Below, one piece after another: positions 9,349 to 20,050 of a stretch of 64,000 nucleotides of DNA; within the stretch, counting starts at the first letter, position 1; every line of letters begins with the position of its first letter. Origin of the DNA: an uncultured Actinomycetes bacterium (GTDB taxonomy: Bacteria; Actinomycetota; Thermoleophilia; UBA2241). The stretch is taken from assembly GCA_963709345.1 (NCBI GenBank), contig CAVPVX010000011.1, forward strand, positions 160,001-224,000, given 5' to 3'. Both the position numbers and the translations under genes were made by a program. A model generated the notes under the pieces. It ran no database searches and was not told the origin of the DNA. It saw only the letters and a program-made list of their open reading frames with translations.

Positions 9349-10506
9349 ATGGAAGTAGAGATCGGCCGCGGCAAGAAGGGCCGTCGCGCCTACGGCTTCG
9401 ACGACATCGCCATCGTGCCCAGTCGGCGCACGCGCGACGCCGAGGACGTCGACATCACCTGGGATCTCGGCGAGCACACGCTGCCGCTGCCCTGCCTCGC
9501 CAGCGCCATGGACGGCGTGGTCGACCCGAGGTTCGCCGTCACGATGGGCAAGCTCGGCGGTCTCGCGGTGCTCAACCTCGAGGGCGTGCAGACGCGCTAC
9601 GAGAACGCCGACGAGCAGCTCGACCGTATCGCGTCGCTCCCCAACGAGACGGCGACGCGCACGCTGCAGGAGATCTACAGGGAGCCGATCAAGGCGGAGC
9701 TGGTCGCGAAGCGTGTCGCGGAGATCAAGGACGGCGGCGTGCTGGCGGCGGCCTCTCTCACGCCGCAGCGCGTGGAGAAGTACTACCAGGTCGCGCTCGA
9801 GGCCGGCCTCGACGTGCTCGTGATCCAGGGCACCGTGGTGTCCGCCGAGCACGTGAGCACCAGGGTCGAGCCGCTCGACCTGCGGAAGTTCATCGCCGAG
9901 TGCCCGGTGCCGGTGATCGTCGGCGGCGTGGCCAGCTACGCGACCACGCTGCACCTCATGCGCACCGGCGCCGTCGGCGTGCTCGTGGGCGTCGGCCCGG
10001 GCCACGCCTGCACGACGCGCGGCGTGCTCGGCATCGGCGTGCCGCAGGCGACGGCGATCGCCGACGCCGCGGCGGCGCGCGTCCAGCACGTGCTCGAGAC
10101 CGGCGACTACTGCCACGTCATCGCCGACGGCGGCATGCGCACCGGCGGCGACGTCAGCAAGGCGATCGCCCTCGGCGCCGACGCCGTGATGATCGGCTCG
10201 CCGCTGGCCGCGGCCGCCGAGGCGCCGGGCCGCGGATACCACTGGGGCATGGCGACCTTCCACCCCGAGCTGCCGCGCGGCACGCGTGTCAAGGCCGGCC
10301 AGAAGGGCACCCTCCAGGAGATCCTCCTCGGTCCGGCGCACGAGAACGACGGCACCCGCAACCTGTTCGGCGCCCTGCGCACGAGCATGGCGACCTGTGG
10401 CTACGAGACGCTCACGTCCTTCCAGAAGGCCGAGGTCATGGTCGCCCCGGCGCTGATGACCGAGGGCAAGAAGCTGCAGAAGGAGCAGGACGTCGGTATG
10501 GGCTGA
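9349..10506 (+). CDS. guaB: GuaB3-family IMP dehydrogenase-related protein
   Basis: MEVEIGRGK..RAYGFDDIAIVPSRRTRD, GVGPGHACTTR and IADGG motifs; no CBS domain. Confidence 0.92.
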   Translation: MEVEIGRGKKGRRAYGFDDIAIVPSRRTRDAEDVDITWDLGEHTLPLPCLASAMDGVVDPRFAVTMGKLGGLAVLNLEGVQTRYENADEQLDRIASLPNETATRTLQEIYREPIKAELVAKRVAEIKDGGVLAAASLTPQRVEKYYQVALEAGLDVLVIQGTVVSAEHVSTRVEPLDLRKFIAECPVPVIVGGVASYATTLHLMRTGAVGVLVGVGPGHACTTRGVLGIGVPQATAIADAAAARVQHVLETGDYCHVIADGGMRTGGDVSKAIALGADAVMIGSPLAAAAEAPGRGYHWGMATFHPELPRGTRVKAGQKGTLQEILLGPAHENDGTRNLFGALRTSMATCGYETLTSFQKAEVMVAPALMTEGKKLQKEQDVGMG

Positions 10507-10578
10507 GGCCCGGCCGGCGCCGGCCGGGCGAGGCCGCCCAGGCGGCCCCGCCCGGCTCCACCGATCGAAGGAGACGCC

Positions 10579-12135
10579 GTGGCGCACCGCACGCCGCAAG
10601 TCAAGGGGTTCGACACCGTCCTCGTGCTCGACTACGGGGCGCAGTACGGCCAGCTCATCGCGCGCCGCGTGCGCGAGTGCCGCGTGTATTCGGAGCTCAT
10701 CCCGCACGACGCGTCCATCGAGCGCATCAGGAGCTACGACCCCAAGGGCATCATCTTGTCCGGCGGCCCGGCCAGCGTGTACGTCGAGGATGCGCCCAAG
10801 GTGAACCCCGAGCTGTTCGAGCTAGGCGTACCGGTGCTCGGCATCTGCTACGGCGCCCAGGGCATCGCCCTCGAGCTGGGCGGCACAGTGGCGCGCACCG
10901 ACCTCAGCGAGTTCGGCAAGGCCACCCTCGCGGTGCACGGCAAGGGGCTGATCCTCGAGAGCATGCGCTCCGAGGAGCAGTGCTGGATGAGTCACCGCGA
11001 CAGCATCACCGCGGCGCCGCCCGGCTTCGATGTGCTGGCGTCCACGCAGGGCGCTCCCGTGGCCGCCATGGAAGACCGGGAGCGCGGCTTCTACGCCGTG
11101 CAGTTCCACCCCGAGGTGGTGCATACGCCCAAGGGTATGGACGTCCTGCGCAGCTTCCTCTACAAGGCGTGCGGCTGCGAGCCCGCGTTCACGCCTGAGG
11201 CGGTCGTCGAGGAGTCGATCAAGAAGATCCGCGAGCAGGTGGGCGACTCCAAAGCCATCCTTGGTCTCTCCGGCGGCGTCGACTCGTCCGTGGCTGCGCT
11301 GCTCATGTACCGCGCCATCGGCGACCGGCTCACCTGCGTCTTCGTCGACCAGGGCATGATGCGCATGCGCGAGGCCGATCGCGTGGTCGAGACCTTCTCC
11401 GGCACGTTCGGCATCCCGCTGGTCTCCGTCGACGCCAGCGACCGCTTTCTCGACAAGCTCGAGGGCGTCACCGAGCCCGAGCGCAAGCGCAAGATCATCG
11501 GCGAGGAGTTCATCCGCTGCTTCGAGGAGGAGGCGCGCAAGCTCACCGACGCGAAGTTCCTCGTGCAGGGCACCCTGTACTCGGACGTCATCGAGAGCGG
11601 CACCCGCCAGGCCGCCAAGATCAAGAGCCATCACAACGTCGGCGGGCTGCCCGAGAAGATGGATTTCGAGCTGGTCGAGCCGCTGCGCTGGCTCTTCAAG
11701 GACGAGGTCCGGGCGGTGGGCGAGGAACTGGGACTGCCGGAGCACATCGTCTGGCGGCAGCCGTTCCCGGGTCCCGGTCTCGCCATCCGCATCATCGGCG
11801 AGATCACACGCGAGCGCGTGGATGTGCTGCAGCGCGCGGACGCGATCGTGCAGGAGGAGATCCGCAAGGCCGGGCTCTACCGCGAACTCTGGCAGTGCTT
11901 CGCGATCCTGCCGGTCATCCGCAGCGTCGGCGTGCAGGGCGACGAGCGCACCTACGGCTACCCGATCGCCATCCGCGCCGTCACCAGCGACGACGCCATG
12001 ACCGCCGACTGGGCGCGACTGCCCTACGATCTGCTCGAGACCCTGGCCTCACGCATCATCAACGAGGTGCCCGAGGTCAACCGCGTCGTCTACGACATCT
12101 CGAGCAAACCGCCGAGCACGATCGAGTGGGAGTAG
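10579..12135 (+). CDS. guaA: GMP synthase (glutamine-hydrolyzing)
   Basis: [26 protein letters not shown] and KPPSTIEWE motifs. Confidence 0.98.
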   Translation: MAHRTPQVKGFDTVLVLDYGAQYGQLIARRVRECRVYSELIPHDASIERIRSYDPKGIILSGGPASVYVEDAPKVNPELFELGVPVLGICYGAQGIALELGGTVARTDLSEFGKATLAVHGKGLILESMRSEEQCWMSHRDSITAAPPGFDVLASTQGAPVAAMEDRERGFYAVQFHPEVVHTPKGMDVLRSFLYKACGCEPAFTPEAVVEESIKKIREQVGDSKAILGLSGGVDSSVAALLMYRAIGDRLTCVFVDQGMMRMREADRVVETFSGTFGIPLVSVDASDRFLDKLEGVTEPERKRKIIGEEFIRCFEEEARKLTDAKFLVQGTLYSDVIESGTRQAAKIKSHHNVGGLPEKMDFELVEPLRWLFKDEVRAVGEELGLPEHIVWRQPFPGPGLAIRIIGEITRERVDVLQRADAIVQEEIRKAGLYRELWQCFAILPVIRSVGVQGDERTYGYPIAIRAVTSDDAMTADWARLPYDLLETLASRIINEVPEVNRVVYDISSKPPSTIEWE

Positions 12136-12259
12136 TATCGGCCGCAGGCGGATCACCGTCCGGTGCGCCGCAGGCTCACCGGACGATGACACGGGTAGGC
12201 TCGCTGCTCTGCGGCGCACCGCGGCGCGGAAGAAGCGAACGCAGGTCAGGCCACGACCC

Positions 12260-13048
12260 TCACCCTTGACTTGAGGCTGAGGGTCCGCCCGTTTCCGGCG
12301 TGACGCGCCCGCTCTCGACGGCGCTGAGGTAGACGACGACGAGGACGACGTCGGCGACGAACAGCACGACGCCCATCACCAGGCACTGGACGAGGAGGAT
12401 GGGGAGCGCCTGCAAGAGCGCCGGAGGCCGCGGCTGCCGGTGAGCAGTTGCGCCATCGTGTCGCCGGCCAGCGAGACCGTGAGCAGGACGAGCCCCGAGA
12501 CCAGGAACGCCGACCTCACGGTGCGCCACGAGAGGACGATGGCGCGGATGGGCCCGACGCCGGCGAGCACCACGATGTAGTCGGCGTACATCAGCGCCAG
12601 GTACAGCGCGAACAGCGCGATCACGACGACGGCGCCGAACTCGAGGTTGTCTCCGCCGAGAACGAGCGCGCCGACGGCCGCCGCGGCGATCGCCTGGAGG
12701 ATCGCTTCGAGGCCCAGCAGCCGCGCGAACTGGCGGAAGTCCGCCGCGCCGAGGTGGAACGGGCCGGTGAGCGAACGCACGTAGCCGGCCCGCAGCCACG
12801 TCTTCGTCACGATGAACGCGAGGAACAGCCCGGCGATCACGAGGCTCTGTGACGCCACGGCGTCGGCGAGCGCTCCCCGCGTGTTCTCCAGGATGCTCGG
12901 GGAACGCCGCCCGGCGGTACAACCACGCCGAGACGAGAGGCACCGCCACGTCGAGCGCGAACAGGCCGATGGCGAAGAAGACGACGTACTGACGGGCGCG
13001 GAGGACGGCGGTCACCCGCTGGGGGAGCGTGGGTCGGTCGCCGTTCAT
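12260..13048 (-). CDS. Hypothetical membrane protein (frameshifted across ORFs)
   Basis: Hydrophobic segments are split between ORFs 12260..13048 and 12376..12858. Confidence 0.55.
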   Translation of the reverse strand: MNGDRPTLPQRVTAVLRARQYVVFFAIGLFALDVAVPLVSAWLYRRAAFPEHPGEHAGSARRRRGVTEPRDRRAVPRVHRDEDVAAGRLRAFAHRPVPPRRGGLPPVRAAAGPRSDPPGDRRGGRRRARSRRRQPRVRRRRRDRAVRAVPGADVRRLHRGARRRRAHPRHRPLVAHREVGVPGLGARPAHGLAGRRHDGATAHRQPRPPALLQALPILLVQCLVMGVVLFVADVVLVVVYLSAVESGRVTPETGGPSASSQG

Positions 13049-13137
13049 CGACGGGGAGTATATCCCGAGTGTGGTCCCGCCGGGCCGCCGGACGACCCAC
13101 CGAATGCACCATCTCCGGCAGCGGGTATCATGAGTCC

Positions 13138-13870
13138 ATGAGGCTCTCGCGCCGCACGCTGCTCTTTCTCGCCGCCAGCTGGGTCCTCGTGGTGCTCTAC
13201 CCGGACCCGACCCTGCTGGTGCGGAGCGTGCGCAACACCGTGTCGCCGAGCATCGACCCCACGGCCGTCGCCGCCCTCGCCGCCCGGCTCCCTGCCGACC
13301 CGGCGCTCATCGAGAGCTACGTCCTCGAGCGTCAGGTGCCGTACGCGTACGACTGGCAGTCGGCCGGCGTGCCGTGGTACTTCCCGACGACGGCCGAGGT
13401 CCTGCGCGCCGGTCGCGGCGACTGCGAGAGCCGGGCGCTGGTGTTCGCCGCGATCCTCACGGCCAAGGGCATCCCCAACGAGCTGCGCGTGAGCCTCGAT
13501 CACATCTGGGTCGACTACCCGGGCAAGCAGGCGAACGCGATGGAGAACGCCGGTGTCGAGCTCGCCGGACGGCGCGACGGCCGCTTCTTCCTGCGCTGGC
13601 CCTCAGACTTCGACCTCGGCCGGGAGGTCGCCGACCAGGTCGCGATCTACTGGACGCCGGCCCCGGCCGTTCGCGTGGCTGCTGCTCGTCGCCGGCCTCT
13701 CGCTCATCGCGCTGTGGAACGTCATCGCGGCGCTGCTCGGCGGCGGGCCGGCTCTGCCGGCGAGCGCGCCGCTGGGGAGGGCGACCGGCGGGACTCGGCG
13801 CTCGGTCGCGGGAGGCGGCGGCCGGCGGCCGTGGCCACGCCGGCTTGGCCGCGCGGCCGCAGCGGGTGTA
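13138..13870 (+). CDS. Transglutaminase-like membrane/secreted protein (frameshift near 13670; 3' end uncertain)
   Basis: N-terminal TM; GRGDCESRA and DHIWVD match a Cys-His type core. Confidence 0.6.
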
Positions 13871-13970
13871 GCCTCTGGCGACGTCGGCCGCGGACCTCGG
13901 CGCGACGCCTCGGCCCGGCGGCCGCGGCACGCGCCCGTACGACGTCAGCCCAACGCGCGAAGGAGACCGC

Positions 13971-15013
13971 ATGGACCCGATCGACCTGCGCAGCGACACC
14001 GTCACCCGGCCGTCGCCGGCGATGCGGAGCGCGATGCTGGAGGCCGAGGTCGGCGACGACGTGCTCGGCGACGACCCGACGGTCATCGCCCTGCAGGAGT
14101 ACGCCGCCGAGCTGCTCGGCAAGGAGGCCGGCCTCTTCTTCCCGTCGGGCACCATGTGCAACCAGGCGGCGCTGCGCGCGCTCACGCGGCGCGGCGACGA
14201 GGTGTTCCTGCACGCGCAGGCGCACATCATCTTCTACGAGCAGGGCGCGGCGGCGGCGCTCAGCCAGCTCCAGCTCCGCGTCTTCGACTCGCCCGACGGC
14301 ACGCTCGACCTCGAGAAGATGGACGAGTACGTGCACACCGACGCCGACGTGCACTGGGCGCCGACGCGTCTCGTCTGCCTGGAGCAGACGCACAACCACT
14401 GCGGCGGCGTCGTCCTGCCGCTCGAGCACATCCTGGCCGTGCGCGAGCTCTGCGACCGGCACGGCCTCGCCATGCACCTCGACGGCGCCCGGCTGTTCAA
14501 CGCCTCGGCGGCGAGCGGCGTCGGCGCGGCGGAGTACGCCGCGCCGTTCGACACGGTGAGCATCTGCCTGTCGAAGGGTCTCGGCGCGCCGGTCGGCTCC
14601 GTGCTCGTCGGCGACGCGGCGACGCTGCGCCAGGCCGCGCGCGCCCGCAAGATCTACGGCGGCGGGATGCGCCAGGCCGGCATCGTCGCGGCCGCCGGCC
14701 TCCACGCGCTGCGAGCACAACGTCGACGCGGCTCGCCGACGACCACCGCCGCGCGCGCCGCCTCGCCGAGGGGCTGGCGGCGCTCCCCGGCCTCGACGTC
14801 GACCTCGCGAAGGTGCAGACGAACATGGTGTTCGCCGGGACCAGCGGGACGGGGATGCCGGCCGCCGCGCTCGTCGAGCGGCTCGCCGCCCACGGCGTGC
14901 TGTGTCTCGACGAGGCGCCCTGGTCGGTGCGCTTCGTCACGCACCTGGACGTCGACGACGACGGTGTCGAGGCGGCGGTCGCCGGCGTCACCGCCGTCCT
15001 CGCCGCCGGCTGA
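13971..15013 (+). CDS. ltaE: Low-specificity L-threonine aldolase (apparent frameshift near 14715)
   Basis: [19 protein letters not shown] and [12 protein letters not shown] motifs; C-terminus [20 protein letters not shown] is in another frame. Confidence 0.88.
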
Positions 15014-15103
15014 CGGCCGTCCCGGGCGTTGGAGCCGTGTGCGCCGCCCGAGGCCGTGACTGCTGGCCTGCGGCGCCGGGACGGCATAGACTGCGGCAAC
15101 CGA

Positions 15104-15117
15104 CCCACCCGGGTGGG
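15104..15117. promoter_or_regulatory. Palindromic operator CCCACCCGGGTGGG upstream of tetR
   Basis: Perfect palindrome just downstream of TAGACT (15087-15092); the same core recurs at 15995 and 36545. Confidence 0.7.
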
Positions 15118-15198
15118 CGCCTCTTCGTGCCTTCCGTGAGGCGGGCGAGGCGGCGCGAAGGGCGCACGAGGTACCGCGGTGGAGACGGGTGAGTTCAC

Positions 15199-15882
15199 AT
15201 GAGTCGATCCGACAGGGACAAGCAATCGGGGAAGCTGCAGTCGCCGTTCGCGGACCCGGTCGCGAGCCTTCCGACCACCGCGCAGAAGATCCTCGCGGCC
15301 GCCACAGGCCTGCTGGCCGAGGGCGGGTACGCCGCCGTCACGCTGGAGAACGTCGCCGCCGAGGCGGGGGTCAACAAGGCGTCGATCCGCTACAACTTCG
15401 GCAACAAGGCCGGTCTGATGATGGCCGTGGCCGACGCGCTCATCCACGATGAGTGCCTGCGCATCGTCGCCGACGTCGAGGGAGTCTCCGAAGAGGAGCA
15501 GTTGCACGCGGCGATGGAGGGCATCCGCGGCATGATCGTCGAGGCCGATTCCCTCCAGGGGTGGTTCGACATCCTGCCTCACGCCTTCCGCGATCCGGAT
15601 CTGCGCACGCGCATGTTCGCCCTGTATCCGTGGTGGTACGAGCAGAACCTCAAGTGGCTCGGGCTGCACCGCCCCGGCTACGAGGACAACGAGATCCTGG
15701 TGGGGCTGTCGGAGCTCATGGCCGCCATCCCCGACGGGCTGTCCGCTCAGGCGGCGCTGGATCCCGAGCACTTCGACCTCGCCCGGCCGCTGGCCGTTCT
15801 GGAGCTCCTGCTGCGGAATTCCATGGACCAGCTGCGGCAGGTCGCCGACGCCGTCGCTCGGGAAGAGGCCGCCGCGTCCTGA
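15199..15882 (+). CDS. TetR/AcrR-family transcriptional regulator
   Basis: KILAAA..LLAEGGYAAVTLENVAAEAGVNKASIRYNFGNKAGL helix-turn-helix. Confidence 0.92.
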   Translation: MSRSDRDKQSGKLQSPFADPVASLPTTAQKILAAATGLLAEGGYAAVTLENVAAEAGVNKASIRYNFGNKAGLMMAVADALIHDECLRIVADVEGVSEEEQLHAAMEGIRGMIVEADSLQGWFDILPHAFRDPDLRTRMFALYPWWYEQNLKWLGLHRPGYEDNEILVGLSELMAAIPDGLSAQAALDPEHFDLARPLAVLELLLRNSMDQLRQVADAVAREEAAAS

Positions 15883-15962
15883 GCCGTGGCTCGAGGGGGC
15901 GGCGACGCCCTGCTCCTCGAGCCGGTGAGCGCGGCGTTCGCCTGACCGGTCTACCGTGGTAC

Positions 15963-16007
15963 TTGACAAGACCCCGGCGGTCGCTATTCTCAATCCACCC
16001 AGGTGGG
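15963..16007 (+). promoter_or_regulatory. Promoter plus operator of the mtbB/mttB operon
   Basis: TTGACA-16 bp-TATTCT, then CCACC-CA-GGTGG at 15995-16006. Confidence 0.75.
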
Positions 16008-16084
16008 TATCGGAGGGGAAGGTTGACCCCGTTGCGCCCCCGCGACCGACCCGCCACGGGAATCCGGCTGGAAGGGGGTGGGAG

Positions 16085-17503
16085 TTGAGTTCCGTCGTCA
16101 CACGTATGGGGGACGGCAGCACCGTCCACCTGACCCGCGACGAGATCCGCAGGGATGTCGCCGAGGGATCCGAGGCGGCTGCCGTCAAGGCGAAGGTCCC
16201 GGTCCTCGACGAGAACGAGGTCGACTATCTCGTCGACATGTTCTGCTGCCCCAGCAGGGTGTGGGGCGTCGAGCGCGGCCACGAGGCCGTCATGACGAAG
16301 GACGGTGGCACCAACACGCTGATCTCGTCGCGGTTGTCGAGCGGCATCGCCGCGCCGATCGGCCGCGAGACGGCGGTGCGCCTCTTCGAGCGCGCCTTCG
16401 CTTACGACTCGATGGAGGTCGGCCACATCGACTACTCCGTCAAGCCGAGCAAGTTCATCGTCAGCGTCGAGCAGGAGCATATGGAACTCCTGCAGCACAC
16501 GACCGATCTTCCCGCTCTTCTACGGCTTCATGCCGAATCTCGGCCTGTACTACCGTCCGGACGGCCAGTTCGCGAACCCGTCGGACCTGCTGCCGCTGGC
16601 CAAGATCGACGAGGCGCGGCGGACGCAGGAGGAGGCTCTGGAGGCGTGCCACGACGACGTGGTCTGGCAGAGCAGGATGTTCTGTCGAGACGGGCGCCGA
16701 CGGCATCAACTACGACACGGTGGCGTCCACGGGCGACGCCGAGTTCCTCGCCACGCTGCGCGCCACCGAGGTCATCTCATCCACGACCGACATGCCGGTC
16801 GAGGTGAGCATGGCGGCCGAGATGGTCCTCGGGTTTCACGGAGAACTTGAGTACCGGGGCACCCGGCTCGCCGGTCTCTGGCCGCACCAGCAGATGAAGC
16901 TCGTCGAAGATGCCGGGGCGGCGATCTTCGGCCCCGTCGTCAACAACAACAGCAAGAAGTCGTGCGCCTGGAACGTCGCCCGTGCGGTGACGTTCGTCAA
17001 GGCGTGCACCGCGCGAGGCGAGGATCCCCATCCACCCCAACGTCGGCAACGGCGTGGGCGGCGTGCCCATGTTCGAGGTCTCGCCGATGGACATGGTGAG
17101 CCGGGCCAGCGCCGCGATGATCGAGGTCGGCAAGGCCGACGGGTTGTAGGTGGGCACCGGCGACCCGAACGGCATGGGCATGGCACACGCGCTCGCCTCG
17201 TCGATGGGTGGCATCAAGACCGCCGGAGATCTGGTGGCCAGGATGCAGCTCAACGAGAAGATGAGGCTGACGGAGGCAAAGCAGTACGTCGCCGACAAGC
17301 TCGGCGTCAGCGTGTTCGACCTGTCCGATTCGACCGTCATGCGCACCGTGCGCGAAGACTTCGACATCGGCGTCGTGACCGCGGTGCCGGGGCTGGCGAA
17401 GGGGCTCGAGGCCAAGGCCCGTATCGCCGACCTGCTCGGCATCAGGATCAACAGCGTCGAGCGGCTCAAGGCCAAGACGGGCTTCGGCGCGCTCCTGGAC
17501 TGA
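16085..17503 (+). CDS. mtbB: Dimethylamine:corrinoid methyltransferase MtbB #1, pyrrolysine at TAG 17147-17149 (about 3 apparent frameshifts near 16505, 16685, 17015)
   Basis: TRMGDG, DYSVKPSK, MPNLGLYY and GLWPHQQ motifs; [23 protein letters not shown] matches MtbB GVDGI-O-IGVGDP. Confidence 0.85.
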
Positions 17504-17546
17504 CCCCGGGGCGTCTGCGCGACGCCGCCTCCGGAAGGAGACCCGT

Positions 17547-18173
17547 ATGAACGACCAGCTCAAGCAGGCCATCATCGCCGGCGACGCCGACGTGGCCACC
17601 GCGCTCACCACGGCGCTCCTCGCCACCGGGGCCACGGCGCGGGAGATCCTCGACTCCGCCCTGCTCCCCGGCATGGAGGTCGTCGGCACGCGCATGCGTG
17701 ACGGCGAGTGCTTCATCCCCGAGGTGCTGCTCTCCGCCCGCGTCATGCAGGCCTGCCTCGACCTGCTGCGCCCGCACATGGCCGCCGGCGACGAGGCCGG
17801 CGGCGGCGTGGTCGTGATCGGCACCGTCGAGGGCGACCTGCACGACATCGGCAAGAACCTCGTCGGCATGCTCCTGCAGGGGGCCGGCTTCACGGTCGTC
17901 AACCTCGGCACCGGGGTGACGGCGGCCGACTTCGTCGCCGCCGTCAAGGAGCACGCGCCGAAGATCATCGGCATGAGCGCCCTGCTCACGACCACCCTGC
18001 CGCACATGGCCGAGACGATCGCCGCGCTCAAGGCCGAGAGCCTGCGCGACTCCGTCAAGGTGATGGTCGGCGGCGCCCCGGTGACCGCCGCCTACGCCGA
18101 CGAGATCGGCGCCGACGGCTACGGCGCCAACGCCGGCATGGCGGTGGAGCGGGCGAAGGAGCTGGTGGCATGA
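17547..18173 (+). CDS. Methylamine-type corrinoid protein (MtbC/MttC-like)
   Basis: B12 cap domain plus GDLHDIGKNLV, SALLTTT and GGAPV..IGADGY motifs. Confidence 0.95.
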   Translation: MNDQLKQAIIAGDADVATALTTALLATGATAREILDSALLPGMEVVGTRMRDGECFIPEVLLSARVMQACLDLLRPHMAAGDEAGGGVVVIGTVEGDLHDIGKNLVGMLLQGAGFTVVNLGTGVTAADFVAAVKEHAPKIIGMSALLTTTLPHMAETIAALKAESLRDSVKVMVGGAPVTAAYADEIGADGYGANAGMAVERAKELVA

Positions 18174-18500
18174 CCAGCATGGCAGAAGGCATCTACGCAG
18201 AAGCAGCCGAGAGCATCGTAAGCGCAGACCGGGCGGCCGCCGAAGAGGTCGCGACGCGCGCCCTCGCCGACGTGCACGACATCGGCAAGGCGATCGTGAT
18301 CGCCTACCTCAAGGCCAACGGATTCGAGGTCACCGACCTCGGCCGCGACGTCAGCGCCGAGACCTTCATCGCGCGCGCCAAGGAGCAGAACGCCGACATC
18401 ATCGGCATGAGCGCGCTGGGCCGACCAGATCGGCGCCGACGCCTACGCCGAGGACGCCAACGACGGCGTCAAGAAGATGGACGCGCTGCTGGGCGTCTGA
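18170..18500 (+). pseudogene. Second corrinoid protein remnant with two internal deletions
   Basis: The cap helix joins directly to DVHDIGK; after IIGMSAL it jumps out of frame to ADQIGADAYAEDA. Confidence 0.75.
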
Positions 18501-18549
18501 GAGTCGTGCGGGGTCGGATCGGCCCGGATCGGAGAGTAGGGGTGGGCGG

Positions 18550-19989
18550 ATGACGGTGCGAGTGGAGTGGCTCACGGTCGCCGAGAGGGACGCCGTGTAC
18601 GCGGAAGCGGTCTCGATCCTCGAGCGCGTCGGCATGAAGATGCAGGGGGCCGCCGTGCTCCCGCTGCTGCGCGAAGCCGGCGCCGCCGTCGACGGGGCCT
18701 CCGGCGTCGTGCGCTTCCCTCCGGAGCTCGTGGCGAGCGCCGTCGCCGCGTGCCCGCGAGACGTCCTCATGGCCGGCGAGACGCCGGCCGGTGACGTGGT
18801 CCTGGACGGCTCGCGGACGTTCTTCAGCGTCAGCGGCTGCGCGGCCAAGACGCTCGATCCCGACACCGGCGCGGTGCGGCCGTCGACCCTCGACGATCTG
18901 CGCGCCGGCACGATCGTCCTGGAGGCCACGGCTGAGCTGGACGTCGTCTGGACCTTCGTCACCGCCACCGACGTGCCGCTGGAGCGGCGCGAGCTGGTCG
19001 AGTACCACACCTACCTCACCGAGACGTCCAAGCCGATGGTGTTCGTGGACTGTCCCAGCGACACGAGCCACGTGCGGCGCATCTTCGAGATCGTCTCCGG
19101 CGACCTCGCACGCTTCCGGGCCCGGCCGCGCATGTCCCTCCTGTGCGCCGCCCGGTCGCCGCTCGAGGTCAACGGTGAGCTGCTGGACGCGGCGGTGGAC
19201 TTCGCGTCGCTGGGAGCGCCGATCTGGGCGTACTCGATGCCCATCTCGGGAGCGACCGCTCCGGTCACGCCGGCCGGTACTCTGGCGCTGGTCTGGGCGG
19301 AGGTGCTCGGCATCATCACCGCCCTTCAGACGGCGGCCCCGGGGGCTCCCGTCGTCGCCTGCTGCGGCCCCGGCATCCTCGACATGCGGCATACGACCAT
19401 GTCTCTGGGCAACCTCGAGAGCACTCTGGTCGGCGCGGCGTCTACGGAGGTCGGGCACCACCTCGGGATCCCGGTACACAACTCCGGCCTGTCCACCGAT
19501 GCCAAGCACTGCGGCGTCCAGGCCGGGTATGAGAAGGGCCTCAAGGTAATGGCCGCCGTCGCCACGGGCGCGGACATCGTGAGCGGCGGATTCGGGTTCC
19601 TCGACTCGTCGAGCACCTTCAGCCTTCCCATGATCCCGGTGGACGCGGAGATCGCCGCCATGGCGCGACGCATGGCCGCGGGCATCGGCATCTCGCCGGA
19701 GACGTTCATGAGCGACTCGTTCCCGCGTGTCGGCATCGGCGGCGACTTCCTGCGTGAGAAGGCCACCAGGACGCGCATCCGCGGTGGCGAGCACTTCGTC
19801 CCGCGCATCGGCTCGAGGCTGCCCTTCGAGCAGTGGGCGAGCGAAGGTCGCACGGAGACGGACGCGGCGACCGTCGTCGTCCGCGCCGCGCTTGCCGCGC
19901 GCGCCGAGCGCGGGCCGCGGCTGACCGACGAGCAGCGTCGTGACCTCGCGGAGGTCTGCGGCGTCGAGCCGGGTGAACACCCGGCGTGA
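18550..19989 (+). CDS. Non-pyrrolysine MttB-superfamily methyltransferase
   Basis: MPISGATAPVTPAGT and GLSTDAK..QAGYEK motifs; Ser at the Pyl-equivalent position. Confidence 0.9.
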   Translation: MTVRVEWLTVAERDAVYAEAVSILERVGMKMQGAAVLPLLREAGAAVDGASGVVRFPPELVASAVAACPRDVLMAGETPAGDVVLDGSRTFFSVSGCAAKTLDPDTGAVRPSTLDDLRAGTIVLEATAELDVVWTFVTATDVPLERRELVEYHTYLTETSKPMVFVDCPSDTSHVRRIFEIVSGDLARFRARPRMSLLCAARSPLEVNGELLDAAVDFASLGAPIWAYSMPISGATAPVTPAGTLALVWAEVLGIITALQTAAPGAPVVACCGPGILDMRHTTMSLGNLESTLVGAASTEVGHHLGIPVHNSGLSTDAKHCGVQAGYEKGLKVMAAVATGADIVSGGFGFLDSSSTFSLPMIPVDAEIAAMARRMAAGIGISPETFMSDSFPRVGIGGDFLREKATRTRIRGGEHFVPRIGSRLPFEQWASEGRTETDAATVVVRAALAARAERGPRLTDEQRRDLAEVCGVEPGEHPA

Positions 19990-20050
19990 GTGGAAGGCGG
20001 ACATCGATGAAGGCACGGCACAGGCCGGACGGACCGAAGGAGGTCCGGCC

